From the NCBI GenBank assembly GCA_002171015.1, contig NHHP01000001.1:4641-68640 (forward strand): 64,000 bases of DNA, read 5' to 3'. Each line of letters opens with the position of its first letter. The stretch's first letter is position 1. This document shows positions 17,989-24,174 of the stretch, piece after piece. The position numbers and the translations under genes are program-made. The DNA is from Candidatus Pelagibacter sp. TMED166. Its GTDB lineage: Bacteria; Pseudomonadota; Alphaproteobacteria; Pelagibacterales; Pelagibacteraceae. The notes below the pieces were generated by a model that saw only the letters and a program-made list of their open reading frames with translations, did not search any database and was not told the DNA's origin.

Positions 17989-18638
17989 ACATCGCTACAT
18001 TAGCTGGACACCTTGCATTTGGATTAATTGCATTTTCATTTTTAGTCAAAGATATTTTTTGGCTTAGACTATTATCGATAGCGGCTAGTTTATTTTCTGT
18101 ATTTTACAATTACACGATACCAACAGAACCAATGTGGTTAGCAATCAATTGGAATTTTATATTCATCTTAGTAAATCTATATCATATCGGAGTAATTCTC
18201 TACGAAAAACGTGAAGTTAAAATGGGTGATAAAGACGAGGAACTCTATCAAACTTTATTCAAAGAAATGTCACCAGTAGAATATCTGAAAATTAGTCGAG
18301 CAGCTAAATGGGAAACACTCAAACCTGGTCAAAGAATCATAACACAAGGTATACAAGTACCAGATTTGTATCTTATTTACAACGGAACTGTTGATGTTGA
18401 GATTGATAATGAACATATAACACAACTTAAAGATGGAGAATTCGTTGGTGAAATGTCATTTTTAACAGAGAAAGTCGCAACCGCGACTTGTAAAGTAAAG
18501 TATGAAGCTCAATGTTTGGTTTGGAAACAAAGAGAGTTCAAGGAGTTATTGAAACGTAATCCATCTCTATATTTCACAATACAATCCGTTTTGAGTGCTC
18601 AGGTATCCAATAAACTAGTAAGTAGTACCAAAAAATAA
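17985..18638 (+). CDS. three-TM membrane protein with C-terminal cyclic-nucleotide-binding-like domain (Popeye-like architecture)
   Basis: 217 aa with three N-terminal hydrophobic helices. The C-terminal part LKPGQRIITQGIQVPDLYLIYNGTVDV...LKDGEFVGEMSFLTEKVATATCKV...FKELLKRNP fits the cNMP-binding beta-roll (G..FGE.s.l......At..a). The canonical phosphate-binding Arg is not present. Confidence 0.6.
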   Translation: MNIATLAGHLAFGLIAFSFLVKDIFWLRLLSIAASLFSVFYNYTIPTEPMWLAINWNFIFILVNLYHIGVILYEKREVKMGDKDEELYQTLFKEMSPVEYLKISRAAKWETLKPGQRIITQGIQVPDLYLIYNGTVDVEIDNEHITQLKDGEFVGEMSFLTEKVATATCKVKYEAQCLVWKQREFKELLKRNPSLYFTIQSVLSAQVSNKLVSSTKK

Positions 18639-18679
18639 GTTTGACGATATTTATTAAAGAATAACTATAGGGATAAGTG

Positions 18680-19207
18680 ATGGTAAAATTAAAAGAATTG
18701 TTAAAAGAATCTCTTGAAAGAAAGTTTGGTGAGCCTTTAGCAACCTTAGATGGTGTGATGAGGGATTATCAGTTGGGTAAACTTTATACCGATAAGGATA
18801 AACCACCTTTCAAGACCGATAAACAAATCCAAGAAGAATTAAACGAGGATGGACATACCGATGTACCGTCATCTATTAGAAAATTGAAAACATCGATTGA
18901 GGATGCCAACGAAATAATAGGTAGGTTACAATCAATGTCCGACGAACAACCACTTCCGAGTTGGTGGAGTGATAAGATTACCTTATCAGCGAATTATTTA
19001 AATAAAGCTCGTGATTATATTTTGAATCCAAATGAATCGGTGAATGAACGTTCCAACCCTAGTGATAAAAAAGAACTTCTCAGAGCTTTGAAAAACTCAA
19101 AAGTAGCTGATGCTTTTTCATTAAACAACGATGAGCTAGTTATAGAGATGACTAGTCCATCAGGTACAGACTTCGTAGTCGGTAATATAAGGAAGTATAA
19201 AGGTTAG
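18680..19207 (+). CDS. leader-family protein 1 (MVKLKELLKE...)
   Basis: The ORF track starts at GTG 18677, but ATG 18680 gives MVKLKELLKESLERKFGEPLATL. The leader and the FGEPL motif are shared with the 21591 ORF. Confidence 0.65.
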   Translation: MVKLKELLKESLERKFGEPLATLDGVMRDYQLGKLYTDKDKPPFKTDKQIQEELNEDGHTDVPSSIRKLKTSIEDANEIIGRLQSMSDEQPLPSWWSDKITLSANYLNKARDYILNPNESVNERSNPSDKKELLRALKNSKVADAFSLNNDELVIEMTSPSGTDFVVGNIRKYKG

Positions 19208-19209
19208 TA

Positions 19210-19923
19210 ATGATAAAGTTAAAAGATTTACTAATAGAAGCACCTAAGATTAAAAAAATAAAAAATGTTTCGGTTCAATATATGGATGCTGAATATGTTG
19301 GTAGTGTAGATTTCGAACCTGTCAGAAAAGCTTGGGTATATAAAAAGGATAAACCGAAAGATAATTATTTTCTAGACGTTATAACTAAAACAAAAAATAA
19401 ATATCAAATAGATTTAGGTAAACATAGAAACTCTGAAAGTGCAAAGAAATTTGCTAGTGGGTATTTGAAAAGAAAATTTACATCAATGGAATCCATTAAA
19501 GAAACAGTATCACACCGAATATTAAGACTATCTAAAGATGGTGCTTCTAAACAATTTCTTAGAGACTTCGATAGAGTGTTTAAGAAGAAGTCTAAAGAAT
19601 TAGGTTATGGTAAATTGAATAAGGACGTTCAGACTCTTAATGTTCAAGTTTCTAAACCAGCAGGTTTTGATAAACCTATTAAGTATGAAAAGATGAAAGG
19701 TATCCAAGTCAGCTATCAATTTGATGAAGGGGTAATACCAGGTAGACCATCTTACAAATATTCATTGGATGATTTCAAAAAAGATTTAAAAAAGTTCAGA
19801 GGATATAAAATAAAACAGGATTTACCAGTGATATTTACCTTAACCAAAGGTGACTTTGCGTATAGTGTAAATTACATTGGGGCTATAAGTGGTGTATTTG
19901 TAATTGGTGGCACAAGAGTATGA
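19210..19923 (+). CDS. leader-family protein 2 (MIKLKDLLIE...)
   Basis: 237-aa ORF with the conserved N-terminal leader. ATGA overlap with the next gene. Confidence 0.65.
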   Translation: MIKLKDLLIEAPKIKKIKNVSVQYMDAEYVGSVDFEPVRKAWVYKKDKPKDNYFLDVITKTKNKYQIDLGKHRNSESAKKFASGYLKRKFTSMESIKETVSHRILRLSKDGASKQFLRDFDRVFKKKSKELGYGKLNKDVQTLNVQVSKPAGFDKPIKYEKMKGIQVSYQFDEGVIPGRPSYKYSLDDFKKDLKKFRGYKIKQDLPVIFTLTKGDFAYSVNYIGAISGVFVIGGTRV

Positions 19924-20300
19924 TTAAACTAAAAGACCTTTTAAAAGAGGGTATAATAAACTCAACACAAAATAAGTTAATAAAGAAAGGTGAATCTTTA
20001 TATAAAAAACTTATGAAAAAATATGATGGTGACAAACAAAAAGTAGAAAAAGAAGTAATTTCTACTTTAAATAAAGATCCTCTAATTAAAAAATTTGTCG
20101 GTGTAGATGCTGTCAGTAATGATTACACAAGATATAGGATAAAAGGAAATGTTGAAGTTTATAAGTTAGAAAGTGGAGGATATCCTATTTTTTATGCTGA
20201 TGTGGTAACACGTGGGTATGATGCTAAAACAGGTAAAGATATTATAAATAAAAAAGTTAAAACAATTAATTTATCAAGAGAATTTGATAGATATCAATAA
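19920..20300 (+). CDS. leader-family protein 3 (MIKLKDLLKE...)
   Basis: 126-aa ORF with the conserved N-terminal leader. Confidence 0.65.
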   Translation: MIKLKDLLKEGIINSTQNKLIKKGESLYKKLMKKYDGDKQKVEKEVISTLNKDPLIKKFVGVDAVSNDYTRYRIKGNVEVYKLESGGYPIFYADVVTRGYDAKTGKDIINKKVKTINLSREFDRYQ

Positions 20301-20312
20301 GGTACGGAATTA

Positions 20313-20561
20313 ATGATTAAGTTAAAGGATATACTAACAGAAGCTAAGAAGTCTGATGTAAAGAAGATGGAAAAGATGGCTAATAAGATTGTTTCTGATA
20401 TGAATAAACTTAATAAGATGTTCGAAAAAATTCATGACGCTCGAACCAGTAATCCAAGTGCTTATCGTACGTTGAAGGATTGGGAAATGGTGGCAACCGA
20501 CGCAAGCGGAAAATACGGTGGTTGGTTCGAATATGTATACGATAGTGATAACGTGGAGTAA
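20313..20561 (+). CDS. leader-family protein 4 (MIKLKDILTE...)
   Basis: 82-aa ORF with the conserved N-terminal leader. Confidence 0.6.
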   Translation: MIKLKDILTEAKKSDVKKMEKMANKIVSDMNKLNKMFEKIHDARTSNPSAYRTLKDWEMVATDASGKYGGWFEYVYDSDNVE

Positions 20562-20563
20562 TT

Positions 20564-21427
20564 ATGAGTAAATCAATAAACGAAAATAAAGTTGAAAAGG
20601 AAAAAATTTTCAAAATGTTGGTCAAACGAGGAGATACTCCTATAGATGCTCGGTATGAGGTAAATAAATCCTACGATTTTGTAAAAAAGAGATATCCCAA
20701 AGCATCAGTTTCAAAAAAAGCCGAAATTATTTCTAGCTTATCCAAATTTGAATCCGTCAAAAAAGAAGGTACCTGTGGTTACGGTGAAAATGGTGAGTTA
20801 GGTGAAGAACCAGCCGGCCCACATCTGTTGAAGAAAACCGAAAGTAGGACAAAATCATTGGGTGAAAAGGATTTGATGAAATATCTGATGAAAAGGTTTA
20901 AGTTCAGCAAAAAGAAAGCTATTGGTACGATGAAGAAAGCTGGTTTCGATACATCCATGTTGAAAGAACAATCAGTTCTTGAAAAGTGTCAAAAAGGATA
21001 CATGACACATCCTACTCGTAAGACAAAAATTTTATTCGGTAAACGATATCCTAATTGTGTGAAAAAAGAAGGCGTTGATACGATGGTCACGGTTGAACAG
21101 GCTGGTAGATTACTTGATAATCTTTGTATCAATTGTGGTGATTTTGCTAACGAAGATTTAAGGAAATGGTTTAAACAGAAATGGGTTAATATAGGGAAGA
21201 AAACAAAGTCTGGTAAACACCCAGCGTGTGGAACTAGTGGTGAAAAAAGAGGATACGCTAAATGCGTCCCAGCTTCCAAAGCCGCCAGTATGTCGAAGAA
21301 ACAAAAAGCAAGTGCTACTCGTAGAAAGAGGTCTGCACAGAACAAAGCCGGTAGAGGTGGTAGAGGAAAACAAGGTGCAGGAGCACAAGGTAGAAAACCA
21401 ATAATGGTTAAGACCGATAAAAAATGA
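20564..21427 (+). CDS. basic protein with Cys-containing short modules (C..GY...PNCVK; WF..KWV...CG...KC)
   Basis: 287 aa. CQKGYMTHPTRKTKILFGKRYPNCVKKEG is paralogous to a segment of the 22504 ORF. It has an RGG/KQG-rich basic tail. Confidence 0.65.
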   Translation: MSKSINENKVEKEKIFKMLVKRGDTPIDARYEVNKSYDFVKKRYPKASVSKKAEIISSLSKFESVKKEGTCGYGENGELGEEPAGPHLLKKTESRTKSLGEKDLMKYLMKRFKFSKKKAIGTMKKAGFDTSMLKEQSVLEKCQKGYMTHPTRKTKILFGKRYPNCVKKEGVDTMVTVEQAGRLLDNLCINCGDFANEDLRKWFKQKWVNIGKKTKSGKHPACGTSGEKRGYAKCVPASKAASMSKKQKASATRRKRSAQNKAGRGGRGKQGAGAQGRKPIMVKTDKK

Positions 21428-21594
21428 TAAAAGAGTTAAAAAAAATTTTAACTTGTGGATGTCAAGATATATTTACTTTAGAGATGATAGAAGAAAAAAA
21501 ATGGAGCAAAAAGTATAAACGGTCAATCAATTGTAACAACCCAAAAGGATTTAGTCAAAAAGCACATTGTGCTGGAAGAAGGAAAAGAAAATGA
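21424..21594 (+). CDS. small leader-family protein 5 (MIKELKKIL..., 56 aa; not in ORF track)
   Basis: ATG at 21424 overlaps the upstream stop (ATGA), and the stop at 21592-21594 overlaps the next ATG (ATGA). Product: MIKELKKILTCGCQDIFTLEMIEEKKWSKKYKRSINCNNPKGFSQKAHCAGRRKRK. Confidence 0.55.
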   Translation: MIKELKKILTCGCQDIFTLEMIEEKKWSKKYKRSINCNNPKGFSQKAHCAGRRKRK

Positions 21595-22043
21595 TAAAAT
21601 TAAAAAAAATAATCAAAGAAACCAAATATTGGGAAGGACGTAAGTTTGGTGAACCACTTCCGACTTTGAAATTGGAACAAGAAGAGCCAGAACATTTCGG
21701 TGGTGGTGAAAACATCGATATATTGGGATTCAAGACAGAGCATTTCGATATCTGTAAATCTGCTGTTATTCTTTACAATAAATTAAAAGAAAAAGATTTA
21801 AATGACACAGCTAAAAAACTAGTTTTATCTTCAGCAAAAGAATTAGACCATTTATTCGAAATGGAAAAAGATGTCGTTGCTGGTAAGAGTCTAGACCATG
21901 ACCCATTGGAACATGGTATTGAATTGGTAAATATAATATCATTTCAACTAGGTAGGGTGGCTGAACTTATCAACGAAGATTTTGAACGTGACACAAATTT
22001 TCTTAAACTACACTTATTAGAAATCGTCAAAAGGAGTAAGTAA
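21591..22043 (+). CDS. leader-family protein 6 (MIKLKKIIKE...)
   Basis: The track ORF begins at 21567, but ATG 21591 gives MIKLKKIIKETKYWEGRKFGEPLPTL. That start matches the other leaders and forms an ATGA overlap with the 56-aa ORF. Confidence 0.65.
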   Translation: MIKLKKIIKETKYWEGRKFGEPLPTLKLEQEEPEHFGGGENIDILGFKTEHFDICKSAVILYNKLKEKDLNDTAKKLVLSSAKELDHLFEMEKDVVAGKSLDHDPLEHGIELVNIISFQLGRVAELINEDFERDTNFLKLHLLEIVKRSK

Positions 22044-22174
22044 TGGATAAATATAATAAATCAGTACAACATAACTGATTCCATCACGCGACTTGGGGGT
22101 CTCCCAAAAGAAAAAATGAGGGTATAGGAGATGTAATTTGGCATTCCCTAACCGAAGATGGTAAGGTTGAAATA

Positions 22175-22501
22175 GTGGATATCAGATTTGGTAACACTAT
22201 ATATCGAAATGTAAGTGTAAATAGATTAAAACCTATTGATGAGGCATCACATTCTCATCCTAGGTCTGGTAAAGAGTTAGACGATAAAAAGAAAAAGAGA
22301 AATAAAATGACAAAAGAGATAGCAGAACAAAAATTAAATTTATTCCTTGAAAAAAATGTTCCTACGAATCCAGCAAAATGGTCGTATTATAAATCTCAAG
22401 CAAAGAAAAAGTTTGATGTTTATCCATCCGCTTATGCCAACGCATGGGCTGCGAAACAATATAAAGCCGCTGGTGGTGGATGGAGAAAAACCAAAGGGTA
22501 A
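22175..22501 (+). CDS. basic protein with PSAYANAWAAKQYK motif; start uncertain
   Basis: The only start in the open frame is GTG at 22175. The frame stays open upstream to an in-frame TGA at 22076-22078, which is preceded by a coupled ATG at 22043 (see findings). Confidence 0.5.
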   Translation: MDIRFGNTIYRNVSVNRLKPIDEASHSHPRSGKELDDKKKKRNKMTKEIAEQKLNLFLEKNVPTNPAKWSYYKSQAKKKFDVYPSAYANAWAAKQYKAAGGGWRKTKG

Positions 22502-22503
22502 TC

Positions 22504-22932
22504 ATGGAAGAAGCAAGAGGAACTTGTTGGGTTGGTTACCAACAAATAGGTATGAAAAAGAAAGGTAATAGAATGGTGCCTAACTGTGTAAAAGAAGAGG
22601 TAGAGATTTACTACGAAGAAGGTGGTAAAGGATACGGATACACATTTGAATTTATTACCAATAAGTCCTTAAAAGAAGCGGAGTACCAAGGTAGAAAGGT
22701 AAAGTTAAATAAAATTATGCAAGGTGATGCTAAAAAGTTTAAAGTTTACGTAAAAAATCCAAAAGGTAACGTTGTTAAAGTAAACTTTGGTCAAGGTGGT
22801 GATGCTAAAGGTGGTACAATGAGAATCAGAAAATCAAATCCTAAGGCTCGAAAAAGTTTTCGGGCTCGTCATAATTGTGATAATCCAGGTCCAAAACACA
22901 AAGCTCGTTATTGGGCTTGTCGGACGTGGTAA
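22504..22932 (+). CDS. basic Cys-motif protein (CW.GY...PNCVKEE; RHNC...KARYWACRTW)
   Basis: ATG 22504 lies just after the upstream stop with an AAGGG Shine-Dalgarno (track start is 22480). CWVGYQQIGMKKKGNRMVPNCVKEE is paralogous to a segment of the 20564 ORF. Confidence 0.6.
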   Translation: MEEARGTCWVGYQQIGMKKKGNRMVPNCVKEEVEIYYEEGGKGYGYTFEFITNKSLKEAEYQGRKVKLNKIMQGDAKKFKVYVKNPKGNVVKVNFGQGGDAKGGTMRIRKSNPKARKSFRARHNCDNPGPKHKARYWACRTW

Positions 22933-23069
22933 ATCACCTCAAAGAAAAAAACCTAGGATATTGGGAGCATTGGTGGAAAGCTATGAAGTTAAGTGTCGCT
23001 CTATTTATACACGCATTTTTACCTGATATTTTAACTGATTACGCATCTAAGGAATTGAATGATGATTAA
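22926..23069 (+). CDS. possible small hydrophobic protein (about 47 aa; not in ORF track)
   Basis: An open frame fills the apparent gap. From GTG 22926 (or ATG 22983) it reads ..NHLKEKNLGYWEHWWKAMKLSVALFIHAFLPDILTDYASKELNDD and overlaps both neighbours by a few nt. The start is unproven. Confidence 0.35.
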   Translation: MVNHLKEKNLGYWEHWWKAMKLSVALFIHAFLPDILTDYASKELNDD

Positions 23070-23394
23070 GTTAAAAGAATTATTAAATCACATAAACGAA
23101 AATACAACATATCTTCCGCCAAAATACAGTAGTCCTGAGGTTAAAAGTATGATTGACAATGACATTAAAAAAATGTCAAAGATATTAGGAAAGGCTTCAC
23201 AACAAGTTATTAAAGTAATGATGGATGGTGTCAAGGGAGGAAAGTATGATGCTATGGATATTATCAGAGGTATAGAGACTGGTAACGTAAATAGAACACA
23301 CGAAGGAGAAAGACCTTTTCTGAGAATGCTGTGGAGAAAAGTTAAAAGTGGATTTAGAAGATACTCCAAAGACGGAAGGTTGAGAAAAAAATGA
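23062..23394 (+). CDS. leader-family protein 7 (MIKLKELLNH...)
   Basis: Tandem ATGs at 23059 and 23062. Conserved leader, ATGA overlap with the next gene. Confidence 0.65.
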   Translation: MIKLKELLNHINENTTYLPPKYSSPEVKSMIDNDIKKMSKILGKASQQVIKVMMDGVKGGKYDAMDIIRGIETGNVNRTHEGERPFLRMLWRKVKSGFRRYSKDGRLRKK

Positions 23395-23759
23395 TTAAAT
23401 TGAAAACCCTTTTAGAGAGAGTTGATTATCACTATGAAGCTTCGGAACTCGTTAAGCGTTATGGATTACGGTCTAAGGTTAAAATCGGTACTGGTAAAAA
23501 CTTCGGTGAATATATACCAGAGACTGATACAATTACTATCAGGCCATCTTATCCAAATCTTAAAGAATTCTACATGACTGTTTTACACGAAATAGGACAC
23601 GCATTGGATGCTAAAAGATTAGGACTAAGAAAATATTTAAAGAAATATGTTCAGGCTGGTACGATGGCAACCTACCGTGGTTTAGACCCACATGATGATA
23701 ATAAGTGGGAAGAAAAAGCCGAAAGGTTTGCTAAAAAAGAATTAAAAAGATGGTTGTAG
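23391..23759 (+). CDS. leader-family protein 8 with HExxH zinc-metallopeptidase motif
   Basis: 122 aa, MIKLKTLLE... leader. ...TITIRPSYPNLKEFYMTVLHEIGHALDAKR has the strand-helix-HExxH layout of minimal zincins (ImmA/IrrE- or SprT-like). Confidence 0.55.
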   Translation: MIKLKTLLERVDYHYEASELVKRYGLRSKVKIGTGKNFGEYIPETDTITIRPSYPNLKEFYMTVLHEIGHALDAKRLGLRKYLKKYVQAGTMATYRGLDPHDDNKWEEKAERFAKKELKRWL

Positions 23760-23775
23760 AAAAAAATAATTGTAT

Positions 23776-23804
23776 TTGAGCTTTTCATTTACTAATTATA
23801 TAAG
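23776..23804 (+). promoter_or_regulatory. sigma70-like promoter candidate (TTGAGC-N17-TATAAG)
   Basis: -35 TTGAGC at 23776-23781, a 17-nt spacer, -10 TATAAG at 23799-23804. It lies in the 79-nt spacer ahead of the nuclease/primase/SbcCD genes. Confidence 0.4.
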
Positions 23805-23838
23805 GTTACTTTATAAAACCAAAAGAAAAGAATAATAT

Positions 23839-24174
23839 ATGAAACCTCGTTCCGCAAAGAATAAAGGTAAAAGGTTACAAAATCAAGTCAGAGACTTAAT
23901 CCTCGAAAAATTTAATCAGTTAGAACCAGATGATGTTCGTTCAATCACGATGGGTGATAGTGGTGAAGATATTCTTTTATCACCCGCGGCTCGTAAGCTA
24001 TTCCCATTCTCCGTCGAGTGTAAAAATCAAGAGAAACTAAACATTTGGAAATCATTAGAACAATCGGAAACAAATTGTGGTAATCACACACCTATGGTGA
24101 TATTTAAAAGAAACAGAACTAAAACATATGTTGCATTAGAATTTGACAAACTGTTAGAATTATTGAATGAATAA
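23839..24174 (+). CDS. PD-(D/E)XK-type nuclease (Holliday-junction-resolvase-like, tentative)
   Basis: 111 aa. N-terminal basic KNKGKRLQNQVRDLI, then GDSGEDILLS...FSVECKNQ gives a D...E-x-K arrangement. It sits next to the primase and SbcCD genes. Confidence 0.5.
   Translation: MKPRSAKNKGKRLQNQVRDLILEKFNQLEPDDVRSITMGDSGEDILLSPAARKLFPFSVECKNQEKLNIWKSLEQSETNCGNHTPMVIFKRNRTKTYVALEFDKLLELLNE

Noticed and set aside
18641-18676. TTGACG at 18641 as the -35 box of a sigma70 promoter for the leader-ORF array.
   Set aside because: No acceptable -10 hexamer lies at 16-18 nt spacing (best are AACTAT/ACTATA), and the start codon follows too closely.
21567-21590. Upstream ATG 21567 (track start MCWKKEKK...) for the 21591 gene, and 22480 / 50684 / 18677 as starts of their ORFs.
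   Set aside because: The downstream starts give the conserved leader or a proper Shine-Dalgarno spacing and remove long overlaps. The upstream starts would translate the 3' ends of the preceding genes in another frame.
22076-22078. Genome-wide reassignment of TGA (code 4/25) or selenocysteine as the explanation for the in-frame TGA.
   Set aside because: TGA is used as a genuine stop in several tightly coupled ATGA junctions (17985, 19920, 23391, 51339). I could not identify a SECIS-like hairpin immediately downstream.
22347-22568. Alternative-frame + strand ORFs nested in better genes: 2425..2679, 4649..4849, 8828..9016, 22347..22568, 24366..24566, 46796..46993, 55011..55256, 59627..59815.
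   Set aside because: They overlap ORFs that carry conserved motifs in another frame, and nothing independent supports them.
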